A DNA stretch of 54,144 nt, the filler included, from Sphacelaria rigidula (lineage: Eukaryota): the NCBI GenBank assembly GCA_964200075.2. It is 5 parts of 5 records of this genome, joined end to end, with 100 filler letters (N's around TTAATTAATTAA, not from the genome) between each part and the next. Parts side by side here need not be neighbours in the genome. Positions count along the whole stretch, not along the records: positions 1 to 10,750 come from CAXNAA020005975.1; positions 10,851 to 21,600 come from CAXNAA020005976.1; 3 more parts are not named here. The stretch is one strand, 5' to 3'. The position numbers and the translations under genes are program-made. A model generated the notes under the pieces. It was not told the DNA's origin. It ran no database searches and saw only the letters and a list, made by a program, of their open reading frames with translations. Below are positions 1 through 12,138 of this stretch, piece by piece. The number at the start of each line of letters is the position of its first letter. The first letter of the stretch is position 1.

Positions 1-170
1 TTGAGCTGCATCCTGCTAAGATTGCTCGGCCCGAGGCCTACTGATTATCTTGCATTTGGATGACAGCCTCCAATGAGTTGCTTTATTATCTAGTATCGCC
101 ACTTCCAGAGACAGCCACGGCTTATATTATACACTGCCTCACGGGTGTCTCACCACAGGGGGGGGGGGGC
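1..170. repeat. Fragment of a high-copy unclassified dispersed repeat embedded in G-tracts
   Basis: Matches the reverse complement of 37525-37690 and 32330-32449 (e.g. TTATCTTGCATTTGGATGACAGCCT..AATGAGTTGCTTTATT). It ends in a poly-G run and the contig starts inside it. Confidence 0.8.
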
Positions 171-676
171 GGTTGAATAAAAAAATGTAGTACGTTGAAC
201 AAAGTTCTGGACGGTGGACAACAAAACCTAAACTCCTTCACCAACCCGGAGAGACCCAACCAAAGTTTATTCCAGGATGGTATGAATATACCTGGAGGGA
301 GCCGCAGGGCACGCTCATGGTCGAAAATCACTTGAACAATGTATGCATGTAGAGAGACCTTCGGTAATAAATGGTTAATGCAGTCCGAGGTTTCTGGTCA
401 CTCTGAGTTACTCGAGAGAAAAAGACTAGCGGAATCTTTTGAAGAGAAATCATCGCTCGGCGGGATTCTTCATTACTGGAATACGACACCCGTTACATAC
501 GCCCACGTGGAAAAACTTGAAGCAAAAGGTCGACGTCTAACTTGTGCAGCATGTGCGTCAGCATGCGCAGGGTAATTTCTCCCCAACAGTGTAAAAGTCC
601 TTGATAAACCTACGCGAAAAAAAAATGGGCGTGGACGTCACTTGATAAAAGTTATGGACACTCGCACCGAAAAAAG

Positions 677-841
677 CACGGTCTACACGATACACGTTCA
701 CGTTCACGTTCACGTTCATGTTCACGTTACGTTCATCACGTGAAAAAAAATTTAACGTCAACGTTTACGTTACGTTTCGGCCAAAACGTAACGTGAACGT
801 AACGTGTAACGTTGTGGCATGTGTAAATGTGTAGACCCCTG
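677..841. mobile_element. hAT-like MITE with ACGT-rich internal repeats
   Basis: Imperfect TIRs CACGGTCTACAC / GTGTAGACCCCTG. The 8-bp flanks are GAAAAAAG / GAAAAAAA. The interior has (CACGTT)n and AACGT repeats in both orientations. Confidence 0.55.
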
Positions 842-1396
842 GAAAAAAAAATCACCACTTACTCAGCTTGACTGATTGACTGATTCATTTATTCATTCAT
901 TTGTTCATCCATTCATTGGTTGGTTGAGTGTCTCACTTCAACTGACCCCCCAAGGATCCAACCGTGGTCACATGATAGACGTATCCGAGACAAACCAAAC
1001 CTGAAATACTCGCTGAAGAAAAAAGAAAAAAAGCAACAAAAAAAGTAGGACAGAACAACAGAGTAGACTAAAAATAGAAGAACAAAACAAATACCTGTAG
1101 ATAAAAACAAAAAAAAAAGGAAATGGCCGGCTTTTGCCACATGACTTCGGCGGAAAAGGTCTCGCGCAGAACCACCCTCTTCCCCAGTCGTAGAGACAAC
1201 ACAAGGCCGTGGGAAAATAAAATACTACATCTCATCTACTACGACCGCGCGATTACCAGCACGCACGTAAATTATAAATAAGGGCACGCATATAGAGATG
1301 CACGTACAAGATAATATATAATCACCAACGAAATAAGAAATTAAGCATGACCGACGCATGGTGAGTTGGGCCGCCATACTGTTTTGGCATTCTCAC

Positions 1397-1494
1397 CCAT
1401 CTGATCTTCCCCCAGCCCCCTTCTCCGGCACTCCACCCAGGGGCACTGGGACCGCGTAGTACAGCACCGCACTCAAAGGTGGGTTTCCAGGAAC
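1397..1494 (-). CDS. EDR2 C-terminal (DUF1336)-like protein, last exon visible (VPGNPPLSAVLYYAVPVPLG...); gene continues off the contig
   Basis: CAG acceptor after a pyrimidine tract and a GTGAG donor. It joins the upstream exon to give FLIIINLQ|VPG..LSAVLYY, the NxQVPG motif of DUF1336. Confidence 0.8.
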
Positions 1495-2618
1495 CTGGAC
1501 GGTGAAGATGAAAAAGTGGAAAAGGGAAGAACGGAGAAGAAAGGAAACGAGGGGAAGAGAGACAGGGAGAAAAAAGACCGGACAAGAAGGAAAAGAGGGG
1601 GAAGAAGAGAAAACAAGAAAAAGAGCAAAAGTAGAAAGACAAGAACAAAGGGGAAAAGGAAGGGGAGAGGTTGTGACATAGGCTTTAGTTCGTACATTGT
1701 TTGCGGAAACATATTTATTCAAGGGCGTGAATGAGGGGGGGAAACACACACAAACATACTTGAGGTGGCGAGATGGAAAACAGCCCCCTCTCTCACCAAG
1801 ATGAACATGTGTTGTGTGGATACTAAGCGACTGGCGCTATTGTACCCTACCCTGTCCAAGTTCGAAGCACGTAATATACGCCGTCGCGTTTCTTCGAGAT
1901 ATTTTTTCGGGACCAATCTTCCAACTATGTCAAACAGAGCAAGATATCTGCATCATTAGCCGCTGTGCCTGTAAAAAAACGAACACGGCTGCACACATGC
2001 CCGTGAACGAACCTCAAATTTCAGCTCCTTCGCCATGCACCCAATGGTCATGGCATATGAGCTCGACGCAACACATACTGTACCCTGCCTCCCCATCTCC
2101 CGCATTTCCTGCTCAGCACTTCCCACGGTGGTCGACAAAACAGGTCGTTGTCCACACATACACCCAGATGAAAACCCGACATTTTTTCAGTCTACCGAGA
2201 AGAATGGTCTTGACCCGTACAAATCAAATCATAATATTTCATGTGCGTAGTGTGCAAAAAAACAAACATAATGAAGTGACGATGATTATTTCGCCATCCA
2301 TTTGAGCAATGTTCATCATCAACCTTTTGATCTTTTCCGTCACTTCAATCCACTCATCACTATTTTGTAGCTTCCTTTTTTGTTTCCCCGTTTTCAACCA
2401 TATCGATCCCAAGTCCGCTTTACATCAGTATCCTTTTTCCCGCTTCCACTTCCAACGTCAAGCATTTTTAGTATAATTCTTTCTCCTGTCCTCGCCACCT
2501 TTAACGTTTTCTGCTCTTTTCTTAGAACATATCCTCCCCACGTTCCACCTCAAAACTCAAAACCCCCTCTTGTTCATTCTGTTCATTTTATTTCCCGATT
2601 ACGTTTTATTGGTGGTAC

Positions 2619-2729
2619 CTGCAGGTTAATGATGATGAGAAACTCTCCGCCCTTCTGGAGTCGCCGCACGACCTTGGCCGCCCGCCCCACAGATCCGATG
2701 TTATCCATTCTGTCCACGCCCGGCTCCAT
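2619..2729 (-). CDS. EDR2_C/DUF1336-like protein exon (MEPGVDRMDNIGSVGRAAKVVRRLQKGGEFLIIINLQ)
   Basis: TAG acceptor, GTACC donor, 111 nt, phase 0/0, in frame with both neighbouring exons. Confidence 0.8.
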
Positions 2730-2795
2730 CTATCACCAAGATCGGGTGTAGAAAACAGTGCAACAAATTGGGAGAGGGGGAAGGGGGGGGGGGGG

Positions 2796-3118
2796 GGACT
2801 CATGATCTTGCATACCGTAGTCGTAGGACCATTGACCTCGTATCCCTACAAAGCCGGGACGGAGCATCTACGTCCTCGCCGGATCAGGCTTACAGTCAAT
2901 CACCGAGGGCAAAGCGTCGTGATGCGTTTGGCGAGTCGCAGAGAAGATCGAGCAGCATGCTGCAAAGATCATTCAACCCGAAGCGTATTGACTATCTTGC
3001 GTATGTATGACAGCCTCCAATCACTGGCTTTATTCTGTAGTATCGCCACTTCTAGAGACAGACACGGGTTACACACTGCCTCAAGTATGTCCCACCACAT
3101 ACATGGGGGGTGGGGGAT
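2796..3118. repeat. Copy of the G-tract-embedded dispersed repeat (..ACTCATGATCTTGCAT..GTAGTCGTA.GACCATTGACCTCG..)
   Basis: Homologous to 37525-37850, 30540-31110, 21560-21600 and 11030-11080. G-runs flank both sides. Confidence 0.8.
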
Positions 3119-3576
3119 AGGAGGCGGGACATAATTCGCATATGCATGTCAGCTACGCGGGTAAGCAGCACCGGGACTTGATCACCCCCCACCCCCTCCT
3201 GCGCGAGACCGTGATTTGGGTCATGACCCTGAGTGGCCGTTTCACCTACTCTCGTGCCTACCAACCCCTTGCTTGCCTTGCAGTGCTTGTATACTGCAAC
3301 AGAACAAAAGCTGTACCAGTTCTACAACTATTTGCACTTTCTGCTGTACGCTTTCTCTTTCAAACTTCCAACTCAAGACAATCTCTGTAACGTATGATCA
3401 TGATCCACAAGATTATCGCACACACTTATACTATGACACCACCAGCCCCATTCCCCGAGAGGCTGTCATTTGAAACCCTGCCTGGTTCATTCAAGTACTC
3501 TCGTTCTAAAAATCGCACCCTTCATCCTCCTAGAGTGTGAGACAACCATTCACTTCTCCGCCGCTCGACAATATTT

Positions 3577-3783
3577 CAAGGGTAGGTCGAGTAGAGTATA
3601 CTCAACTGCGGGGTATTTTGAAAGTCGTACTCGAAGTACACAAATTGGGGGTAGGGTTTCAGGGATCGCTTTTACAGGTATATTTTGGGTACGACTCCCA
3701 ACACTCTACCCTAATTTGAGCACCCAAAGTACGTCTTTCAGAATACCCGGTAATTGAGTATACTCTACTCTGACCTGCCCTTG
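3577..3783. mobile_element. hAT-like MITE (~207 bp), second copy at 34205-34414
   Basis: ~45-bp TIRs CAAGGG(C/T)AGGTCGAGTAGAGTATACTCAA..; 8-bp TSD CAATATTT / CAATACTT. Confidence 0.8.
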
Positions 3784-3938
3784 CAATACTTCTACGCTTC
3801 TCTGCGTGTTGATTACGATCGTGACCATACTTGACACTTTCTACGATAGCCCCCCCAAAAACCAGCTAAAAGTGTCACGAAAAAAATGGACATACAGCGC
3901 CTGATATTCGGGTGCAGGCTGCATGAAGCGCCTCATAT

Positions 3939-4015
3939 TGGAACATCTCACCACCCCACGTAGCGAAGTAGTGCTCTCGGAACATCTCACCACCCCACGT
4001 AGCGAAGTAGTGCTC
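3939..4015. repeat. Tandem duplication with a 39-bp period
   Basis: GGAACATCTCACCACCCCACGTAGCGAAGTAGTGCTC is present twice in tandem. Confidence 0.85.
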
Positions 4016-4983
4016 AACATGAGCAGCAAGCAACATCTCGGGTGAAAACTTACACCCGCAAAAACTTCAGGGTGTCTTCATTTCTCCGATAGGCAAAGAA
4101 TCACGGCCAACTTGATTAAAATCACTTGTCAAACAAAGCTATACGTGCCAGGGAGTATGAAGCGGAGCAGTCGCCCATTTTCCGCTGCTCTCGAGATAGT
4201 TGAACGCATCTGCCCGTTGGCTTTGTACGAAGAAGAGCGTTTGTCCATACGGACCACCACCCGCTGGCTTCATAAATCTGCCCGCAACGCCGTGCCATTA
4301 CTGTACGCCGAACAAAACGTATTGCCGGGTACAATCATTGCGGGGAAAAGAGGTGCTTCGCTCTTCACTGACTCGTGCGTCATCTTTCTGCCCGCGAAAA
4401 CGAAAAATGCTCCCCCAAGCATTATGGATGGAGACTAAATCAGTCAACAGGGCACTTGATACTACCCGTGCGCATTTTTGATGGGAACATATTGCACGCC
4501 GTTTGCCTTGCACGAGTCCATGCGCACGGGAAACCTAAGCCAAACAACGGCAAAAAAAAACGTTCTATCGCATAGCGCCTGAGCGATAACACAACGACCA
4601 CGACTAGCTCTTCGGCTTCGAGATGCAGAATGCATCATACACACCCTCAAGTCGTTTTTTCTTCAGTTCTATATTCTCTGTCGTTGTCCCGAAATAGCCT
4701 CCGTTCGCCGCCCTTCCCCTCCCCCCCCCCCTCCCGATTCTCAACACCTACCTCTCTGTCACCATTGAAAAACTCAACATCCGAGGACAACATTTAGGGG
4801 GGTGGTATACTGCGTACGGGTGATATACCGTGGGCGTCCCGCCACAGTGCAGTCAAAATCGTTCGTCTCATGCTCAACCTCATGTGCTAATACCAACTAT
4901 TTACACTATACCCGTGTACGGTACCGGTATAGTGCGCAGTCTCACGACAGTGCGGGGTCGGGCTAGAGTACAGTACTGTACCG

Positions 4984-5121
4984 CACACCCGAGACAATGG
5001 ATTTCATCATCACGAAGTGTTTGGCGTACGGTGTGGAATATATCGTCTATTGCAATGGGCACAATTGTCGATACTGTACGCCGTACACTTTTTGACAATG
5101 TAATTTATTGTCCAGGGTATG
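4984..5121. mobile_element. Degenerate copy of the ~140-bp CACACCCTGGAC MITE
   Basis: Aligns with 25689-25829 and 35007-35144. No TSD is recognisable here. Confidence 0.6.
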
Positions 5122-5401
5122 GTCAAAACCACTTGCTTCAAGTCCGATCCAATCTACGAAATTACCACGTAAATGTATTGTACCGGTAAAGTGCAGGGTC
5201 CCGCCACAGTGCGGTCGACATCACTCACCTGAAGCCCGATCCCACATACTAATATCGAGTAATTACACTACACCGTTACATCAAGTAAGTGCACGGTACC
5301 TGTGTAGTGCAAGGTCCCGGCATAGTGGGTGTCATGCCGGACAGACGACCTACCGCACCATGCTTGAATTCCCACTGTACACCACATTCTACGGTATATA
5401 C

Positions 5402-5579
5402 CTTGAACAAATCAGCGCGGACAAATCTCCCGAACGGCGTTCCGGCATCCACCTTCCCCCCGCCGGACATGTATCCCGGTCCCCGTACCCTGAATGCGTG
5501 CGTCTCGCCGTTATTCTCCCACGTATCTTCGAACTGAGGGTTGCTAAGCGGGACCGCTGCACCCGCCGAATGTTTGGGC
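5402..5579 (-). CDS. EDR2_C/DUF1336-like protein exon, start of the second domain (..WENNGETHAFRVRGPGYMSGGGKVDAGTPFGRFVRADLFK)
   Basis: TGCAG acceptor and GTATA donor. The W..F.VRGP.Y....K..A...........DLF pattern is the N-terminal signature of DUF1336. Phases 2/0 fit the neighbouring exons. Confidence 0.85.
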
Positions 5580-5907
5580 CTGCAGCGGCCAGATGAGGAT
5601 TTTCAATGTGTGTGGGCGCGTGCGTGCGCATGTCATAATATGTCATGTACGGAGAAAATCAACAGAACAAAACGGAAAATATGTTGACGTTTTAGCTTCA
5701 ACTAGCTAGATTCGCTATATAGTTACGAGTAGCGCTGATATATACTGCCTCTCTTCTCTCATGGAACAAACGTCAAGTATGTCATGTTCAATTGCATTTC
5801 TTCTCATGTTCCTCAGTATTACACCGCATGTCGGTTTCGAATCTGCTGCTGTAGAGGGTTGTATTTTCTCGTCGTTTCCCGTCAAGGAGTTCTCGTGTTT
5901 GCGCGTG

Positions 5908-5928
5908 CATGCGTGCGTGCGTGCGTGC

Positions 5929-5986
<58 letters not shown>
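5908..5986. repeat. (GCGT)n-(GT)n microsatellite
   Basis: Directly visible. Confidence 0.95.
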
Positions 5987-5987
<1 letters not shown>

Positions 5988-6883
5988 ATTCTCCGGTTGT
6001 AATCAGGAAGCATCGGTACAATAAAAAAATGAACGAGATCATACTTTCATTTCAGACATTTTTTGGTTTCCAAATATTTTCGTAACATTTTACTTCCTGA
6101 CCCAACATCTTCCTGGGGACTATGGGTGAGATCCCACCATACCGTTCTTTTCTTTGAAAAAGGCCACAACACGGACATACATGCATCGATGCACTCGAGA
6201 GAAGGGATTCCCACATGACGACCAAAATATTGAACCCCTCACAAAAACACGCGTGACGCGTTTCAGATAGCTGTAGCGGCGTTTGGGACACCGCAAGAAA
6301 AATGGTGGTAAATCGGGCAAAGCTCACATCCCGCCAACGTCCCTGTTGAGGCTTGCCGCAACTAATATTTTTTAGCCCACATTTATCGCTGCAGGGAAAA
6401 AAATATTGCGGCATTTTCACCGTAGGCAAAAAACAAAATGGGGTACGTTATTTCTCGCCAAAGGCGAAGAAATCGCCAAATGGCTGGAAACCCGTCGAAA
6501 AGCACTCATTTTACAGTGATTTCTGGTGAAAAAATTGTCAATATCCCCAAAACAGCGTTGTCGCGGCAAACTGCGGCCTACGACCCATCTGACACACTGC
6601 ACACATGTGTACCATTGTTGTTGTTGTTGTTGTCTTCACATTAAAAGCCGTTCCGATATCTGCGCGGTACATTGGTACTGGGCATCTTATGCGGACGCCT
6701 TCCGTGGTCACACCATATTATAGAAAATCAATGACTAAAACATGTGCATGAACATATCCATCCAAACCCGCACACAGCAGCGGTTTTTCAAAATAAAGCA
6801 AACTGTCAGCCCCCTCCGGATGCATCTCTATAGATTATAAACATCCTGAATCCCACTCGCAACTACACGACCATTCTGCATAC

Positions 6884-7140
6884 CTGCGGGAATGTTTTCC
6901 GCGTGGCGATATCTGGAAGTCGGGAAGGACAGCGGCAGGGACCGTTCCCGGGACCGTTCCAGAGACTGCCCCCGACAATTGTGTTGAAATACTTCCAAGC
7001 GAAGACGAAGTTGATGGGAGAAGAGGTTCCGCGAGGGAAAGATTTACGCCGGAGACCCTCACGCAGCCCAAGATACGCCGAGAACCTTCCAGGAAAAATC
7101 CCACGTCCAACACGCACTGTTCCGTCAGGCACACTCCGAC
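6884..7140 (-). CDS. EDR2_C/DUF1336-like protein exon: end of the first domain (VLDVGFFLEGSRRILGCVRV) plus a Ser/Pro-rich linker
   Basis: CAG acceptor, GTATG donor, phase 0/2. It resembles the DUF1336 C-terminal D..F.IEG...R.LG..R motif. Confidence 0.8.
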
Positions 7141-7595
7141 CTGGTACGGTGGGTTGGTAGGATACCCCAAATAAATGGGGGTGGAGGGGAGGCGGAACTT
7201 GCCCGGTTGATTCAGTCACGCTTGGTTGTCATTCCTACTGCGGTGTCACCCAGGTGAATAGACAGCGCTCCATGAGATTCTGACGCTTCTTGAAAGATTG
7301 ATGTTCTACATGCTCTTTATGTATCAAACGAGATGGAAGGCAATGATCGCCTGCCCACCCGCCCGCCACAACTTGCCCACCGCAGCTACGGTTATGGCAT
7401 ATAGCAATGCTTCAAGTACCAGCACACAGGAAGACAAGGAGAAAGCGTTGTACATGCGATACGCTTGGTACGGTGTAACATGACATGAAGAGTACATATA
7501 TTGATATCTCCCTGAGCACGAGAATCTCCAACCTACGTATTACACTGATCAGCCACGGTATGATAATAAAAACAAAACAGGGGTGGAAGGAGGTA

Positions 7596-8146
7596 CAGTA
7601 GTGGGCGGTCTAACTATTCATCTTGTGGTATTTTGTGATTTTTTCGTAATTAGCGATTTTCTCGGACTTTTCTCGCTCGCCACCGCTCATCACATTGAGG
7701 ATCTGACGACATTTGTATCCGCTCCACATCCCAGGAAAAAAATAACAATCTATACTCAACATGGAGTGATTTACGGGCTGACCGATCATCGGGGATCCTG
7801 CCACGTTTCAGTCCAGATTCTTACTCTTCGGTATTTTCGGTAGATTGAGCCTGTCCCCATCATGTTTTTGAAAAAATGTGGAGTTTCATATTTCTGAAAT
7901 TCTACCTACTCATTACACTAGAGTCGATAGACTGTATCAAACGGTCAATAGCACCCTCCTGATAAATGAGGTATCCACTCGTATCGACCAATAACACCAC
8001 CTAACGCTGACATGGGCACTGCGTTTCGAGGACGATTTGTTCGTTGTACAAAAATCCACCGACACTAGCACTTTCGAGTTCTATCGGAGAGTTGTACGCG
8101 AGGAAAACCCCGAAGCACCCCCGAACAGTTAGACCACCCACTACTG
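7596..8146. mobile_element. Tc1/mariner-type MITE (~550 bp), second copy at 29538-30086
   Basis: TIRs CAGTAGTGGGCGGTCTAACT / AGTTAGACCACCCACTACTG with TA on both sides. It aligns end to end with the second copy. Confidence 0.9.
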
Positions 8147-8291
8147 TATGGTAATTCATTCCTTCATTCAGATGGTTGTTGCGGCCCTGCAGTAATATCT
8201 TGTTTGTCGGGGGAGGTTGATTTTTCTTTCTTTCGTATTGACATTTTCTTGTCCGGTCGGTTGTACGGTTGTATTTCGTTCTTCAGCTCAC

Positions 8292-8387
8292 CACACTCTC
8301 CGCGGCGACTGACGAGCCGACCTCGACATCGGTCTCCATGTACAGGCTTCCACGAAAGTATCTCTGGGTGAGCTTCCGAGAGAGCAC
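8292..8387 (-). CDS. EDR2_C/DUF1336-like protein exon (VLSRKLTQRYFRGSLYMETDVEVGSSVAAESV)
   Basis: TTTCAG acceptor, GTGAG donor, 96 nt. It matches the Y.RG..Y.E.DVD.GSS..A motif. Confidence 0.85.
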
Positions 8388-9044
8388 CTGAAAAATGACA
8401 GAAACAACAAAACCAAGCGCACACACACACATGACCCGAATACTCGTATTCGTCCGGCGAAACATTGACTGACGACTCCAAATTATTTTTTTTACTAAAT
8501 ATTATATATTATAATAATGAATAGGAGAAAATGTCTCCATCACAAGTGACCAATCACCTCCTTCCATGATGATTGACAAGAAAAAAAAATCTGTATATAC
8601 ACATAAATACGTTGATCGATGCACTCACCGTTATTATTTCCTTGCGCTTCCTTTGGGTTTCACAATCGATGTTACTCGAAATTGAACAACAAACAGATTC
8701 ACATGTATGCACACGTCGGACAGATCATGACTCGTCTGAAAATTGTTTCCTCTCAGTATACTGATCCAGATCATGATCTGGATCATTTGATCCCTCTTTT
8801 CCATGTTTTCTCCCTCCAGCACCGGACGCAGGGCACGCCGTGTAGCACGAAAGTTGCGCTTTGGCTTTTCTGACTCCACGCTTATTGAAATATGTGTTGA
8901 GCATATCTTCGTACGAGTTCCTCTGTATCAATCCATCTCCAACAGGTGAAAGGCCGACAAACGCGAGCCCGCCGAGTGGTGAGCGCCCCGAATCGATCAC
9001 TGAGACCATGTAACAACACAGTCGCTCTGGTTAAACCGTAACAC

Positions 9045-9352
9045 GTTCATCAGCTGATGCGCGACAACCAACCAACCAACCGATCGACCAATGAAACTAA
9101 CAACCGACCAACCAACCAACCAACCAATCAATCAATCAATCAATCAATGCCACTCACTCACTCACTCACTCACTCACTCACTCACTCACCCACTCACCCA
9201 CTCACCCACCCACCCGCTCAATCAATCGACCAACCAACCAACCGATCAATCAATCAATCAATCACTCAATCAATCAATCACTCAACAAACCGACCAACCG
9301 ACCAATCAATCGATCAATCAATCACTCAACGACCAGCCAACCGACCAACCAA
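9045..9352 (+). repeat. Compound (CAAC/CAAT/CACT)n tetranucleotide tract, probably the expanded tail of a retroelement
   Basis: The tract follows CATCAGCTGATGCGCGAC. A similar junction (ATCAGTTGATGTTCGACGATCAATCAATC) lies on the minus strand at 32805-32850, and a related end at 868-1015. Confidence 0.6.
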
Positions 9353-10473
9353 TGTGTGCTGGTACGTGCAGTCGTTTGGATATTGCGCCCTTAATCAAGA
9401 GAGCAACTGCTCAGCCATAGCGCCGACGTTAGCGGTGTCGTGAGGTCAGCCGAATATATTGCTCCGACAATCGTCGTCGTTATCCAGAGACAGGGTTGAG
9501 CGGAAACTGCCACCCACAGAGGGAACAAATCTCTCCTTTCTAATTCAGCGTTCAAGTTTCACATTCCCAATTCCTCGGGACAAGCCTGTAATTTCGAGAG
9601 GTCTATCCACATCCCTCCCCCGCCTAGACTATCTTGTCGTAGGCTCTACCATTCATTGCCCGAGCGTTGAATAAATCACCACTTCCTCCCGCAGTTTGTC
9701 GATATTTTATGAAATTTTCATCCAATCATCTCCGGCTTTCCATCCCACATATTCATAAACTCGTCAAGGTAGAAGTGACCAGCAGACAAACACAATGCTA
9801 CTCGGTCTTTTGCAGCTCATGCGGGAGTCTCCCGATCTGAGCAGAAAGGTGATGAACCAAAAGTCAACGTTCAGAGAATCGGAGATTTCATCTGGTTTCC
9901 TCAGCGCTAGGCGAAAAACATTGCCCAACGGACTGGGGGTCCGAAAAATCAATCCACGGGGGAAAATCGGCTGTAGACGGGCTCACATCTTCATATTTGT
10001 ACAAATACGGATTGGTTGTCATACAAAGCGGTCTGATCACACCAATTAAAGCCGGCCATGTACAAGGATCCAGTGCTGGAATCCGCGCCGGAGGTATTGT
10101 CGTTGGTGGTGGTGCGTATTGTGCGTGTGTGCTGGTGTGTGGTCCGCACCTCAAAATCTGGTGCTCTTTGCGTCGCCTGGCTAGGTTGACTTTTCTTGCT
10201 ACTTCCGACCACGGGATTGAGAGGGTCATGATCCATTGGAGAATAAGGACTTGCCCCGAGGAAGGGGAGGGACCAAAGGCGTGACGGCAATACTTAAAAT
10301 TTATGTTTAGATAATAATAAATATAGAGAAAGATAACACAAGCGCGAGAAAAAGGAGGTGAAGAAATAATGAACACATGAACCACAAACAAACAGAACAC
10401 GCGTAACTTACTTGTCAATACAGAACGGGACATGTTTCGTGTACACATCAAGGTTCATTCTCCACATTATCAC

Positions 10474-10539
10474 CTGAGAGCTGCCCTCATCCACTGCCTT
10501 GCGCACAGTCCATCGCCCTTTCACGACCGACGTCATCAC
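10474..10539 (-). CDS. EDR2_C/DUF1336-like protein, first exon visible (VMTSVVKGRWTVRKAVDEGSSQ); the 5' part lies off the contig
   Basis: ACAG acceptor, GTGAT donor, 66 nt, phase 0/0. It matches the V.KG.W.V...V motif of DUF1336. Confidence 0.8.
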
Positions 10540-10750
10540 CTGTAATCTCGGCACATGAGTACATGTAGTAGTACGCGGGGAGAAGCAAACGCACGAGACC
10601 GTTTGAGGGGGAATCGAAGGGAATCGAAGGGAATCGAAGGGAATCGAAGGAAATATAGGGGTAGGTGGTAGGGGGGGGGGGGGGGGGCACCTCTATTTTT
10701 TGGATGCCTCTTGGGGGGGGGGGGGGTCGAAGCGACTTCTTTGATGGAGG

Positions 10751-10850
10751 NNNNNNNNNNNNNNNNNNNNNNNNNNNNNNNNNNNNNNNNNNNNTTAATT
10801 AATTAANNNNNNNNNNNNNNNNNNNNNNNNNNNNNNNNNNNNNNNNNNNN
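10751..10850. other. Artificial contig linker (44 N + TTAATTAATTAA + 44 N)
   Basis: The 12-mer gives stops in all six frames. The same linker recurs about every 10.85 kb. Confidence 0.97.
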
Positions 10851-11617
10851 GGAGTTGAGGTTCTCCCACGCCGCACAACATGATCTAGCTCGACTACCAT
10901 CATGGTTATCGGAGAAAAAACGCGAGCGCGCAAAACAAAAACGGTAACCTGGTTTGCCTAGCTTACGCAGTGGGTGGCGTGTTTTACAGCGTTGTTGCCA
11001 ACCGACGCCACCCCCATCATGGGCATTCGCCCCTACAAAGCCGGGACGGAGCACGCCGGGTTCTCGCCGGACCAGGCTGAAGGGGGAGGGGGGGCGTACT
11101 CATTTGTTGCTTGCCTTAGTCGTTTGACCATTGAAGGGGGAGAGGGGGGAGGGGGTTCGATTTTATGAACAAATGTGCCCATAGATACGTCGAATGACGT
11201 GAAACACTCGCGGTGCGCTTGTATTTCTGTAAAAGTGGTGTAAAGCAGTATGAATGAGCGTTATGTATTGGGAGCGAGCGCGTTCGAACAACTGTTGGCT
11301 GCTTTCAACGGCGATTGAAGTAGAATCTCGTGGAGGGGAAAGCCCAAAATACCCCCCCCTATCGCAGCATGACTCCGTTGTTAGATCTACCGTACAATCG
11401 TGAAGTATGTGTTTTTTTGTCTTTGAGCTGTTACACCCTTACACGTGGTGGGATTCACAATCGAAAGTGCTGTGTCAACAACATACATGAGTTTCGAATT
11501 TGATGTCCGAGTGTGCGGCCAGGCCTTCACCCTCGCGTCTTCCCTTTGCGTTGTCTCCACACGTCGGACGAGTCATTACTCGTCAAAACGAGTGCACCCG
11601 TTGATGTTTTAAACATA

Positions 11618-12060
11618 ACGAGCACGACTCGAGTGCTCGCCCCAAGAACGTTTTCACAACGAGCTTGACTCGAGTGCTCCTCCTATGAATTTTTCCACAA
11701 CGAGCAATGACTCGAGTACTCGCTTCATGATTTTTTCCACGACGAGCGATGACTCGAGTACTCGCCCTATTAACGTTTCAACAACGAGCAATGACTCGAG
11801 TGCTCGCCCTATGAATTTTTCCACGACGAGCGATGACTCGAGTACTCGCCCTATTAATGTTTCAACAACGACCAATGACTCGAGTGCTCGCCCTATGAAT
11901 TTTTCCACGACGAGCAATGACTCGAGTACTCGCCCTATTAACTTTTCACCAACGAGCAATGACTCGAGTGCTCGCCCTATTAACTTTTCCACAACGATTA
12001 AGGACTCGAGTGCTCGCCCCATTAATTTTTGCACAATGATCAATGACTCGAGAGGTCGAG
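11618..12060. repeat. Tandem array of about 11 x 42 bp (ACGAGCAATGACTCGAGT(A/G)CTCGCCCTAT..TT..CAC)
   Basis: CTCGAG recurs every 42 nt. The units partly alternate between two variants (84-bp higher order). Confidence 0.95.
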
Positions 12061-12138
12061 GACCTCCAAAAACGGCCCACGAGCACCCCAACGAGCGCGG
12101 GTGCCACGAGTCATAGTCGTGGTCGTCCGACGTGTGAT

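Noticed and set aside
9057-9443. Asn/Gln/Thr-rich ORFs as coding sequence
   Set aside because: They are translations of a tetranucleotide microsatellite in an intron.
10795-10806. TTAATTAATTAA as a biological motif or piggyBac target
   Set aside because: It is centred in N-runs and identical at all four junctions, so it is an assembly spacer.
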